Under the pieces are notes generated by a model that was not told where the DNA came from, ran no database searches, and worked only from the letters and a program-made list of their open reading frames with translations. Below, in pieces: positions 53,216 through 62,709 of a stretch of 64,000 nucleotides of DNA (within the stretch, counting starts at the first letter, position 1; each line of letters begins with the position of its first letter). The DNA comes from Clostridia bacterium (lineage in GTDB: Bacteria > Bacillota > Clostridia > Christensenellales > Borkfalkiaceae), in contig JAFTHU010000001.1 of assembly GCA_017457215.1 (NCBI GenBank), forward strand, positions 21,563 to 85,562. Direction: 5' to 3'. The translations under genes were made by a program, and so were the position numbers.

Positions 53216-54061
53216 TTAATTTTCGTACACGAACAACACGCCCAACGTATTTTTTCCGCAATGGCTAGTTACGATAGAACCCGCTACCGTTTCGATAATT
53301 TCGTCAAAATCAAATACTTCTTTTACCTTTTCTTTCGCCACTTCTACAAGTTCGGGGTCTGCCGTAGAATGGGTTACGAAACAACGGCTCTTTTCATAAT
53401 TAGGATACATTTCGTGTAAATCTTCAATATACTGTTTGAGAATTACGGACATCTTTCCCTTGTATTTTTTACCCGGCACAAGCTGCCCCTTATCCATCAT
53501 AATCAAAGGATGAATTTTAAACAGCCCCGCCGCAAGTTTTACCATACCCGAAACTCTGCCGCCTTTATGCAGATAATCCAAGCTGTCGGGAATAAAGGAC
53601 GTATTGACGCGCATACGGAGTTCTTCCACTGCTTCTACGATTTCATCCGCCGTTTTCCCCTCGTCGCGCATATCCGCCGCCTTTAATACAAGCAGTCCTT
53701 GTCCAGAAGAAAGCGCCATCGAATCGACAACGCGCACTTTTCCGCCAAACCCTTCCGCTGCCTGCTTTGCCATATTATGCGAACCGGAGCTCTTTGCTGA
53801 AATATTAAAATGTATCACTTCGTCCGCTTTTTCCAACTGCTTTGCAAAGAATTCCTCGTAATCTCCAATGCTGGGCGCGCTCGTTTTAGGCAGAATTTTA
53901 TTTTCTGCAACAAACGTGAAAATATCTTCGGGGGTAATGTCCACGCCGTCATAATAAGAATCGTTACCCAAATTCACTTGCAACGGCAAAATGCCGATTG
54001 CCCTTTCCTCTACCAAATGGCCCAAATCACAAGTGCTGTCCGATGTAATACAAATGCTCAT
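53216..54061 (-). CDS. DegV family fatty-acid-binding protein
   Basis: 281 aa. MSICITSDSTCDL...TSAPSIGDY...SSGSHN motifs are typical of DegV. Confidence 0.85.
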   Translation of the reverse strand: MSICITSDSTCDLGHLVEERAIGILPLQVNLGNDSYYDGVDITPEDIFTFVAENKILPKTSAPSIGDYEEFFAKQLEKADEVIHFNISAKSSGSHNMAKQAAEGFGGKVRVVDSMALSSGQGLLVLKAADMRDEGKTADEIVEAVEELRMRVNTSFIPDSLDYLHKGGRVSGMVKLAAGLFKIHPLIMMDKGQLVPGKKYKGKMSVILKQYIEDLHEMYPNYEKSRCFVTHSTADPELVEVAKEKVKEVFDFDEIIETVAGSIVTSHCGKNTLGVLFVYEN

Positions 54062-54098
54062 AACTCTGTTCTCCTTACAAAAAATTTATACACTTTGA

Positions 54099-54863
54099 TT
54101 AATCAAATATTTTTCTAAAAAAGTTTGCAACTTTATTTTTGATTTTTGCGGGAATTTCCACAAGGTACTTTTGCAAGCCAACCTGTTTTTTTAACGCCCA
54201 CGCAGGCACTACCGATTCCACGTCCGTTTCTTTATACAGCCTGTCCAGCTCGGAAAACTCTTCGACGTATCGGCTGTCTTTACTGTGATTGCGGTTGTCG
54301 CCGAGAAAAAAAATCTCGTCTTCTCCCACCGTATATTCAAACGAACACGACGGGGCGTCTTTACCACCCTCTTTTTCGTCGTAATAAGCGTACGGCTCGT
54401 TCAATTCTACAAAAGGAAGTTCCTCTTCTGACATCTCTTCGTTCCACGTCCCCGCATAACAAATTTCCATCTTTCCTTGTATGCAACGGACTTTATCACC
54501 CTCTAGCGCAATCAAACGCTTAATAATAAAATGGGTTTCTTCCATCCCTTTCGCCTTATCTATCGCGTTTTTTTTCTGCCATTCGGGGATATGGTCCACG
54601 CGAACGACAATGATATCCCCCCTTTCCAACTCTTCGGGTTTTACCACCTTATAAGAAAGCAGATATTCTCCGCTGTAAAGGGTTTTATCCATAGATGCAC
54701 CCGACACAAGCACAAAACTAAAATTAGAAGTCCAAAAATTGACAAACAAAAGAAACAGCAACAAAAACGAGAGAAAAAACGCGCAAAAACGAGCGTTGGA
54801 ACGCCTTTCTTTTTCGTTCACAACCTCCGTTTCGTTTTCTGTCTTTTCGCGTTTTTTCGCCAT
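54099..54863 (-). CDS. lepB: Signal peptidase I
   Basis: Carries SGASMDKTL (Ser box), KRLIALEGD (Lys box) and GDNRNHSKDSR motifs, with an N-terminal TM anchor. Confidence 0.85.
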   Translation of the reverse strand: MAKKREKTENETEVVNEKERRSNARFCAFFLSFLLLFLLFVNFWTSNFSFVLVSGASMDKTLYSGEYLLSYKVVKPEELERGDIIVVRVDHIPEWQKKNAIDKAKGMEETHFIIKRLIALEGDKVRCIQGKMEICYAGTWNEEMSEEELPFVELNEPYAYYDEKEGGKDAPSCSFEYTVGEDEIFFLGDNRNHSKDSRYVEEFSELDRLYKETDVESVVPAWALKKQVGLQKYLVEIPAKIKNKVANFFRKIFD

Positions 54864-54870
54864 ACTTTGC

Positions 54871-55050
54871 TTACTCCTTGTTTGCCGTCGGTTTCGCCCG
54901 TTTTTTTAATTCGTCCTTTGTCAAATTTACGTATTTTCCGCAGCCCTCGCACTGCAATTTCACGTCTACGCCCATGCGAACGATTTTCCAAGCGTTTCCT
55001 CCGCACGGATGCAACTTTTTCATGACGATAATTTTTCCTACTTCGAACAT
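54871..55050 (-). CDS. DUF951 small protein
   Basis: Start moved to ATG 55050 (GGAGG RBS). MFEVGKIIVMKKLHPCGGNAWKIVRMGVDVKLQCEGCG is the DUF951 pattern. Confidence 0.7.
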   Translation of the reverse strand: MFEVGKIIVMKKLHPCGGNAWKIVRMGVDVKLQCEGCGKYVNLTKDELKKRAKPTANKE

Positions 55051-55070
55051 ATTCCTCCAATTTTCAAGGC

Positions 55071-56771
55071 TTATAACCATAAAATATTCGTAATGGAAAA
55101 TTCCAATTCTTCATCCCCCGCGCAATCGAAAGACAAGGCGTTTCCTTCGAAGAAATTCCGCAGGGGTTTTCCGTTCGTTTCTTCCTTAAAATCCGCTGCT
55201 TTTAAAATAATCCGCTTCCATTTTCCGCCGCCCTTTATCGGGACAATGCAAACGTAACTGTCCTCTTTTTCTATATTCGACACTTTGATTTCCACCCGCA
55301 ATTCCTGCGATTCTTTCGAGTATGCATCAAATTCTAACAATGCGTTTTCTTCAGGAACGTATTTAGGCGAGCCGATTTTATAGGTTTTGATACCCCCCAT
55401 CGAGTACGCGCCTTTGATATTTCCGTAACCCGTCGTGATTTTCGGCAATGCTTCCCGTTCTAAAAAAATATTTCCTATGGAATATTCCTCGTGCGTTGCA
55501 ACGCTGAACGTATCCATTTCCTTGCCCGAGAACAACATTCTGCTTTTTACCGCATTTTTCACAATATTATTTAACCGTTTACAGCTGATTTTTGACATCA
55601 CGCGGAAACCGTTAAAATATTTTGCATAGGCAAATGCGAACGCAGCCGAAGCCCCCGCAAACGGTTTTACCGTATGCGTTACCGAACCGTTTTGCACCGA
55701 CCTGCCGTCCGTTTTGAAAACTTGATGCCAATCTCGTTCTGCGCATCTGTGATTAACGTCCCCTTCGGCATAATAAATCCCCACTTCTTCCAACAGCCCC
55801 TCTTTATCGCTTCCCACGGTAATTTCAATACCACCAGGCGATTCTTTCAAGCTGATATTTAAGGTATCGGGAATATAAATTTCTCTACCCTTCAAATTTT
55901 TTTCCAAGAACAGATCCATATCTGCCAACGCATAGTGCCCAATGCACACACCGCTCTCCGGCGAGTACGCCAACGCATTTCCGTCCTTATTGCCAATACG
56001 AGAATAGGTGTCGTACGCCCGATCACAATCGAATACGGGGTCGTGCAAAGCACAGAGCATCAATACGGGACATTTTACATACGGCGCGTACGATTGTGAT
56101 TCCGTTGCCGCTATATAACGGTGGCGGTTGTCGCTTAAATTATGCGCGATATTATCGCTGAATTTTGCAATACTGTGTACGGAACGCCAACCGATTGCAT
56201 TGATAGGCACACCGCATTTTACGTGAGGGGAAAGCATCGCGTGCCACGCAATTTCACCGCCCGTACGAATCCCCACGATACCGATATTTCCAATTTCTTC
56301 CTGCGCCTTTAAAAACTCAATGGAATACAGCGCGACATACGCCCACTCGAACCACGTCGTTTTATCGGCGGGCAAATCCGCCATATGGCGCAAGCCTTGT
56401 TCTTTTTCATAATTTCCATAGTCCAAGGACGGCGGATATGCCGTACGAAGCACGCCATCTCCGTCCGTTTTCATCTTCCCCGTATAATCGGGCATCAATA
56501 CCGCATACCCTTTCTTTAAAAAGTAGGTAGCCAATTCTTCATCCGGCGTTGCGCCAACGTCGTTTAACAGCAACACCGCAGGCTGCTTGCCTTTTTTCAG
56601 CGCGCGGATATAGCGCGCGTAAATACGCACGCTGCCGTCGCTTTCCTTATGCCCCGAATAGGACACGTGGCTGCTCTTTACGCCGTTCTCTTCCTCAATC
56701 CCCCATTCGCTTGCGCTTAAAGGGTTTTTAAGATTAAATTTTTTCCATAAGGATATTGCGCTTACAATCAT
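55071..56771 (-). CDS. Alpha/beta-hydrolase-fold protein (AXE1/dienelactone hydrolase-like) with an extra C-terminal domain
   Basis: 566 aa. PAVLLLNDVG...GYAVLMPDYTG and the strand-elbow IGIVGIRTGGEIAW fit the fold. The expected GxSxG serine position reads Arg (nt 56256-56273). Confidence 0.6.
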   Translation of the reverse strand: MIVSAISLWKKFNLKNPLSASEWGIEEENGVKSSHVSYSGHKESDGSVRIYARYIRALKKGKQPAVLLLNDVGATPDEELATYFLKKGYAVLMPDYTGKMKTDGDGVLRTAYPPSLDYGNYEKEQGLRHMADLPADKTTWFEWAYVALYSIEFLKAQEEIGNIGIVGIRTGGEIAWHAMLSPHVKCGVPINAIGWRSVHSIAKFSDNIAHNLSDNRHRYIAATESQSYAPYVKCPVLMLCALHDPVFDCDRAYDTYSRIGNKDGNALAYSPESGVCIGHYALADMDLFLEKNLKGREIYIPDTLNISLKESPGGIEITVGSDKEGLLEEVGIYYAEGDVNHRCAERDWHQVFKTDGRSVQNGSVTHTVKPFAGASAAFAFAYAKYFNGFRVMSKISCKRLNNIVKNAVKSRMLFSGKEMDTFSVATHEEYSIGNIFLEREALPKITTGYGNIKGAYSMGGIKTYKIGSPKYVPEENALLEFDAYSKESQELRVEIKVSNIEKEDSYVCIVPIKGGGKWKRIILKAADFKEETNGKPLRNFFEGNALSFDCAGDEELEFSITNILWL

Positions 56772-56785
56772 ACTTTCCTTTCCCG

Positions 56786-59365
56786 CTAAAATCGCTCGAT
56801 ACGCACAAAAGAACCGCGCGTTTCCGTTGCCCCCGTTACCAATATTTTATTGTCGATACGGTGTTTCAATTCCTCTACATGCGAAATGAGCCCCACCGCA
56901 AAATTTTTACTCAATTTTCCCAATACGTTCATAACCGTATCCACCAGTTTTTCGTCCAAAGTCCCAAAGCCTTCGTCCAAAAAGAAAAACTCGATAGGTC
57001 TTAAAGATTTGTTACAGATTGCCGCAGAAAGCGACAGCGCCAACGACAGCGAAACAAGAAAGGTTTCGCCGCCCGAAAGCGTCTTGACCGCACGGAAATT
57101 TCCGCCGTCCAGATTATCCCCTACCTTGAATTCCTCGTCGTAGCGTAAAAAATATCTTCCGTTCGTCAAAGATAAAAGCGTTTTGCTTGCCGATACGCAT
57201 ACTTCCTGCAAATATTCCGAAGCGATAAAACCCAAAAAACGATTACCGCGCGTCAGTTGCCTCAATTCGTCGCATAAATCTTTCTGCTTCTGCTTTTCCT
57301 TTAATTCCTCGGCAAAACCACGGTACTTTTCCCGCAAGACAAGCAGCGCATTATACTCTGTTTCTGCCGCCGCAAGCCGTTTACACAAATCCGTATGCAA
57401 CGCGCTGACGTTCGCTTTTCTTTCGCAGGCAGTTCGATACGTTTCTTCGTCAAATTTTTCCAATTTCACTTTATCCGCTTCGGCATACTTATTTTTCGCC
57501 AACTCGTATTTTTCAAAAAATGCTTTGCACGCCGAAACCGTACGCTCGTTCGTCTGCTCCAACAACGAGATTGCCTCCTCTGCCGAGCGGAATCCGCTTT
57601 CCGAAAGAGCTTTTTTCAACGCCGCGGTCAGTTCCTTTTCTTCCCGCAAACACCGTTCGACGATTGCACGCTGTTTTTGTTCTTCCAACGCGTAATCGCT
57701 TGCATTCTTCCGCGCCCGCTCCATACGTTCTTGCGAAGCCGCTTTTTCTCGTTTCAATTTTTCAATTTTATCCTCTAACTCGCTTGGCGTACCCAAACCG
57801 TAGAGCTGCGCTGTTTTCGCTTGCAACTCGTTAAATCTCTCGTGCGCTTCTTTACCTTGCTGCGCCAACGCCGCGCGTTTCTGCTCGCTGATTTCATACG
57901 CCGCCTTTTGTACGGACAGCGCGTTTAATTCTTCCCGCAAACATTTGCGCTTTTGTTCTATTTCTTTAAATTCCGCATTCAACAAGCCGACGTCCAACGT
58001 TTTTCCGCTTGCCGTCAACGTATATTTTTTCAACAGCAACGCAACGTCCGATTCCGTTTGCGGATATTTTTCCGACATTGCGCGCAAATCCCCTCGAAAT
58101 TCCCCGTAAGCGTCTACAAGCAGTACGTCTTTCGCGTTTTTCTTTAAATAGTCCAGCAACGATTCGTCATTGCCAAGCGTTTCTATTTCCCGTTCTTTTT
58201 CCGCTTTGATAGCGTCGAAATCCACAAAAGGATTTTCCTTCCCCAAGCGTTTGAATTCTTTGACGCAGCGTTCGTATTCCGCCCAAGCCTTTCCTTGCGC
58301 CTCTAGATCCGCTTGTCCGTTTTTCACCTTTTCGTAATCAATGGACGTCTTTAAAATAGTGCCGTCGTAATCGGCTTTTTCCGTATCCGCTTGCATTCTT
58401 TCCAAGCTCTGCGCAGCCGCCCGCGCACCGTTTTCCGCAAGTGCCGCATCGCGTTCTGCCGCCGCCCGCTCTTTACCGTTCTTTTGCAACGCTTCCCATT
58501 CCCGTATGACGGCTTTTGCGTTGGGCAGTCTTTCTATCTGTCGGCGCAATTCCTCCATACGCGGTAATTCTTCCCGCAATGCGCAAATTTCCCGTTCCAG
58601 AGCCTCAAACGCGCGTTTTTCCTTTTGCAATTCATTCGCCTTTTGATACGCTGCGTCCGCCTCTTCCAAGGCTTGCGCCGTTTCTTTCACGCGCAAACGC
58701 ACCGCTTCCATTTCTTGGTTTTTGGAGGCAATCGTTTCCTCGTCCCCACCCTCGTTCTGCTCCATTTTCGCTTTGACGAGATTGACCGACTCTTCTGCGC
58801 GGTAATATTTTTCGCTAATCGACTTTGCCAAGCGTTCGCCGTAGCGTTCCAAATCAAACAGACGGGAAACCAGCTTAATACGTTCCCCAGGGGTTGCTTT
58901 TACCAAGGCGGCAAAATCCCCTTGCGGCAACGCTATGCACATCTTAAAATCGGCAAAACTTAAACCGATAATCCGTTCCAAGGCGTCGTTGACGTCGCGC
59001 GTGCCCTCTGCCAACGCAAACAAACCGCCCTCGTCGGTATATTGATATAACTGTGCCTTGCCCACGTTATTTTTGCGGCGACGTTCCCGCTTGACGCGAT
59101 AAGCGCGGCGTACGCCGTCCGTCGTAATTTCAAAATCGAAAATCACGTACGCTTGGTCGAGGTTGTAATGGATAAAATCGCTGCCGCTGCTCCGTTCTAT
59201 CTGTCCGTACAGCGCCAAATGAATACAATCTAAAACGGTGCTTTTTCCGCTGCCCGTATCCCCGAATATACCGAATACCCCGCCCGATAACAGCGCGCGA
59301 AAATCAATTTCCGTCTTCTCGGAAAAGCTATTGATTCCGCAAAATTCAAGGTATATCGGTTTCAT
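56786..59365 (-). CDS. sbcC: SbcC-type SMC-like ATPase (exonuclease subunit)
   Basis: 859 aa. Walker A GDTGSGKST, a long coiled coil, and C-terminal LSGGETFLVSLSLAL and FFLDEGFGTLD. Confidence 0.9.
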   Translation of the reverse strand: MKPIYLEFCGINSFSEKTEIDFRALLSGGVFGIFGDTGSGKSTVLDCIHLALYGQIERSSGSDFIHYNLDQAYVIFDFEITTDGVRRAYRVKRERRRKNNVGKAQLYQYTDEGGLFALAEGTRDVNDALERIIGLSFADFKMCIALPQGDFAALVKATPGERIKLVSRLFDLERYGERLAKSISEKYYRAEESVNLVKAKMEQNEGGDEETIASKNQEMEAVRLRVKETAQALEEADAAYQKANELQKEKRAFEALEREICALREELPRMEELRRQIERLPNAKAVIREWEALQKNGKERAAAERDAALAENGARAAAQSLERMQADTEKADYDGTILKTSIDYEKVKNGQADLEAQGKAWAEYERCVKEFKRLGKENPFVDFDAIKAEKEREIETLGNDESLLDYLKKNAKDVLLVDAYGEFRGDLRAMSEKYPQTESDVALLLKKYTLTASGKTLDVGLLNAEFKEIEQKRKCLREELNALSVQKAAYEISEQKRAALAQQGKEAHERFNELQAKTAQLYGLGTPSELEDKIEKLKREKAASQERMERARKNASDYALEEQKQRAIVERCLREEKELTAALKKALSESGFRSAEEAISLLEQTNERTVSACKAFFEKYELAKNKYAEADKVKLEKFDEETYRTACERKANVSALHTDLCKRLAAAETEYNALLVLREKYRGFAEELKEKQKQKDLCDELRQLTRGNRFLGFIASEYLQEVCVSASKTLLSLTNGRYFLRYDEEFKVGDNLDGGNFRAVKTLSGGETFLVSLSLALSLSAAICNKSLRPIEFFFLDEGFGTLDEKLVDTVMNVLGKLSKNFAVGLISHVEELKHRIDNKILVTGATETRGSFVRIERF

Positions 59366-59374
59366 GTTCTCTCC

Positions 59375-60535
59375 TTATTCTTCGCCGACTTCTGCCAACG
59401 TCTGCAAAAACAGCGTTCTCAATTCCGCTTTTGGTTCTGCGCCGTAATTCGTTCGATAAAAGGCGTCAAAAAGCTCTGCGTCCGTCAATCCTTTCCTGCT
59501 TTCAAACGCCAGCGTATCTTCCGTACGCACTTCCGCCAAAAGGGATACAAGATTCTTTCTTGCCGCCAACGCCTGCGAATCACTCGCCGTCAACGGGGCG
59601 GTCAATATCAATTTCATTTCCACCAAATCTTCGGGATAGGCGTCCAATAACGTCAATGCCGTTTCCGTGCTTTCCGCTTGCAACCGAACGAGTTTCCGTC
59701 CCGACGTCAACGGCACGTCCTTTAACTCTTCCACACCCGTTGCCGTCAACGTAAACACTTTCACTCCTTTATCCGCACGTTCGTCAAAGGAATACTGCAA
59801 GGGCGAACCGCTATAATAGCAATGCCCTTTACCCATGTGCTGTTTTTTATGTAAATGCCCCAACGCGACGTAATGGCTATTCGGTAAAGCATCTACGGGA
59901 ATTGCTCTTGCGCCCCCCAAATCGATTTCACGTTCGCTATCCGAAACCGAACCGCCCGCCACAAACAAATGTCCGACGAAAACAGAGGGCAATTTTTCTT
60001 CGTTGCCGCTCTCCCCCTCCGATATCCAGCGCTGCATCTGCTGTACGTAAGGGAGCTCCGATTTTTCTTCTTTAAAGCGAGCTTCGTTGGGATAGGGTAA
60101 AAGGGAAACAAAAATTTTTTCCCCCGCGCCGTTTTGGAAAACGGCGTAACCTTTCCCGCTTTTTACCGCCCGAACGGAGCGCATTGCATTTTTTTGCATA
60201 AAAAGCTCGCGAGAGTTGCCGACGATATACACCCCTTGTTCTTCCGCAAGCGGCGCCGCCGCCGAAAGACGAATGCCGTCGTCGTGGTTGCCGCTGATAA
60301 TCAATACCGCGCGCTCTTCACCCGCCAACCGCTTGATTTTTTCGTAAAAGAGCCGTTCCGCTTCTGCCGAGGGCGTATACGTATCGAACACGTCGCCCGC
60401 AATCAACACAAGCTCCACGTTTTCCCTTTCGCAGATGTCGATAATTTCATCTAAAACCGCCGACTGCTCGTCCAAGCGTTCTCTGTTCATCAACCGTTTT
60501 CCGATATGCCAATCAGACGTATGCAAAATTTTCAT
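59375..60535 (-). CDS. sbcD: SbcD/Mre11-type nuclease subunit
   Basis: 386 aa. MKILHTSDWHIGK, AGDVFD, GNHD and GHLH motifs. Confidence 0.9.
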   Translation of the reverse strand: MKILHTSDWHIGKRLMNRERLDEQSAVLDEIIDICERENVELVLIAGDVFDTYTPSAEAERLFYEKIKRLAGEERAVLIISGNHDDGIRLSAAAPLAEEQGVYIVGNSRELFMQKNAMRSVRAVKSGKGYAVFQNGAGEKIFVSLLPYPNEARFKEEKSELPYVQQMQRWISEGESGNEEKLPSVFVGHLFVAGGSVSDSEREIDLGGARAIPVDALPNSHYVALGHLHKKQHMGKGHCYYSGSPLQYSFDERADKGVKVFTLTATGVEELKDVPLTSGRKLVRLQAESTETALTLLDAYPEDLVEMKLILTAPLTASDSQALAARKNLVSLLAEVRTEDTLAFESRKGLTDAELFDAFYRTNYGAEPKAELRTLFLQTLAEVGEE

Positions 60536-60600
60536 CGCCCGACCTCCTTACCGTTTGCGATTGCTTTTTTATTTTTTTTGCAAAAACAAATCAAAACGCC

Positions 60601-60629
60601 TTGCTTTTGTCTTTGAAAAAAGGTATAAT
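60601..60629 (+). promoter_or_regulatory. Sigma-A promoter upstream of the DnaD/DnaB-type gene
   Basis: TTGCTT (60601-60606), 17-nt spacer, TATAAT (60624-60629). It implies a leader of about 170 nt. Confidence 0.6.
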
Positions 60630-60803
60630 AGGGATACGCTTTTCTTCGAAAAGAGAACACCTATACTAGTTTATTATACACTATTTATTCGAAGAATGCA
60701 AGAAAAGTTTTACAAGAATGCGTAAAATTTTTCCCAATTTACACATACGAAAGGCATTTGACGGCATAGCCGTCACGAAATTTAGCGAAACGGAGTATCC
60801 AAC

Positions 60804-62555
60804 ATGGCTTTTTGCACGTTTTCCAAAGATATCGACAACACCTATACCCTTGTCGAAAATAAATTCATCACAAAGTACCTTCCCGAAGCGGACGGACTTG
60901 CCGTAAAGGTATATCTTTACGGGCTTTTCCTTTGCCAAAACTCCGATTCTAACTTTGGCGTGCAATCGATGGCGGAAGTATTAAAAACGGACGAAGAACA
61001 AATACGGCAGGCTTTTGCTTTTTGGCAAGACTACGATTTGGTGGAAATTTTAGCCCAAGAACCTTTTACCGTGCAATATTTGCCCGTAAAATCAGCGGTG
61101 GGCAAACCCAAAAAAGTACGTTACGAACAATACGGCGATTTCAATAAGGAATTGCAGAGAAAAATGCAAAAAGTAGGCAAATTTATTTCCGCAAACGAGT
61201 ACGTGAAATATATGCGCTTTTTGGAAGAAAACGCCATGCAACCCCAGGCCTTTTTGTTGGTGGTGGAATACTGCTTGAATAAACAGGGAGAAAGTATTTC
61301 CCCCGCGCATATTTTCAACAAAGCGAAAAAATTGATACGCAACGGCTTGACAACCTACGAACAGGTAGAAAAAGAGCTGTCGAATTACAACGCGCACGAG
61401 GGGGACGTGTTATCCATTTTCACCGCCCTTTCCCTTTTACAACGCGTCCCCGACGAGGGCGACTACGCATTGTATTCCAAGTGGACGGAAACGCTCGGTT
61501 TTGCGCAAATCGGGATATTGACCGCCGCAAAAAAAATCAAGCGGGGCAGTATGAATTCCCTCGACCTTACGTTAGAGGAACTTGCAGAAAAAGGAAAGCT
61601 TGATGCAAAGGAAATCGACGCCTATCTTTCCCATCGCGAAACGTTGGCAACTCTTACTTTCCGTTTGGGAAGAAAATTAGGGGTCAAAATCCAAAACCCC
61701 GCGCCCTATATCGACGAATACGTGGAAAAATGGTACGATTACGGTTTTGAGGAAAATTCCCTGCTCGATATCGCCTTGCTGTGCTTGAAAACTTCGCGAA
61801 ACGATTTCGATTCAATGAACGCCGTCGTAAAGGATTTGTTTAAAAACGGCGTCGTTTCCAAAGAGGGCGTAAAAGAATTTTTAAAAGAAAAGAACGAGGA
61901 ACTGAAACTGTTTACAAAAATCCAAGCTGCCTGCGGCAGTATCCGCAAAAGCGAAGCTACCCTTTCTATGTTAAAAACGTGGAAAGAATGGAATTTCAAC
62001 GACGAGATGATTTTGGAAGCGGCAAAACGCAGTTGTTCCACATCCAACCCTATCCCATATATGAACAAAATTTTATCAGAGTGGAAACGCGAAGAAATCT
62101 TTACTGCAAAAGATATCCCTTCCTCCCCTCCCACAAGCGAAACGACGGGGGCAGGTATGCGTTCAACGGCAAAAAAAGTTTTTGTTTCCCCCAATATAGA
62201 GGCGGTAAACGCCAAATCCGAACGCGAACGTTATTACGCTTTGTTGCGCGAAAAAGCGCAGGCACGCGCCGATAAATTTTTAGCGAAAGCCAACGCCAAC
62301 GAACGTTTTAAAGCGTTGAGCGCAGAGCTTTCCAAAATGGAGCTTACTTTGGCAAAAGCCGAAGTTTTCGAACCGCAAAATCTTCCCGCGTTGGAAAAGC
62401 AGAAAGCGCAGTTACTGTACGAACGCAAAACCATTTTGGATTCGCTTCAAATTCAAGAAAGCGATTTGCATCCCCAGCCCATCTGTAAAAAGTGCCAAGA
62501 TACGGGATATATGAAAAACGGAACAGCTTGTTCCTGTTATAAAAAAGAAAACTGA
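60804..62555 (+). CDS. Replication initiation/membrane attachment protein (Bacillus DnaB/DnaD family) with a C-terminal coiled coil and zinc-ribbon-like motif
   Basis: 583 aa. DnaD-like N-domain (FITKYLPEADGLAVKVYLYGLF), repeated DnaB_2-type helical modules (e.g. PIPYMNKILSEWKRE), and a C-terminal CKKCQDTGYMKNGTACSCY. Confidence 0.75.
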   Translation: MAFCTFSKDIDNTYTLVENKFITKYLPEADGLAVKVYLYGLFLCQNSDSNFGVQSMAEVLKTDEEQIRQAFAFWQDYDLVEILAQEPFTVQYLPVKSAVGKPKKVRYEQYGDFNKELQRKMQKVGKFISANEYVKYMRFLEENAMQPQAFLLVVEYCLNKQGESISPAHIFNKAKKLIRNGLTTYEQVEKELSNYNAHEGDVLSIFTALSLLQRVPDEGDYALYSKWTETLGFAQIGILTAAKKIKRGSMNSLDLTLEELAEKGKLDAKEIDAYLSHRETLATLTFRLGRKLGVKIQNPAPYIDEYVEKWYDYGFEENSLLDIALLCLKTSRNDFDSMNAVVKDLFKNGVVSKEGVKEFLKEKNEELKLFTKIQAACGSIRKSEATLSMLKTWKEWNFNDEMILEAAKRSCSTSNPIPYMNKILSEWKREEIFTAKDIPSSPPTSETTGAGMRSTAKKVFVSPNIEAVNAKSERERYYALLREKAQARADKFLAKANANERFKALSAELSKMELTLAKAEVFEPQNLPALEKQKAQLLYERKTILDSLQIQESDLHPQPICKKCQDTGYMKNGTACSCYKKEN

Positions 62556-62574
62556 CCTTTTCCTTTATAAAAAC

Positions 62575-62604
62575 GCCTTTGCATTCCTTGCAGAGGCTTT
62601 TTTT
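62575..62604 (+). terminator. Intrinsic terminator
   Basis: GCCTTTGCA (62575-62583) / TGCAGAGGC (62589-62597), including one G-U pair, followed by T7. Confidence 0.75.
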
Positions 62605-62709
62605 GTAAAAGTTTTGCAAAACTTTTATTTTCACCCTATATACGCTTGTTTTTTTATTTTATCTGTGTTAAAATGTCATAAAATCATATGACATTTAAGA
62701 GGCAAGCGT

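Noticed and set aside
62668-62695. Inverted repeat ATGTCAT-n8-ATGACAT just upstream of the acyltransferase gene as a possible operator
   Set aside because: It has 7-bp arms in AT-rich DNA and only a single occurrence, so this is too weak to call without comparative data.
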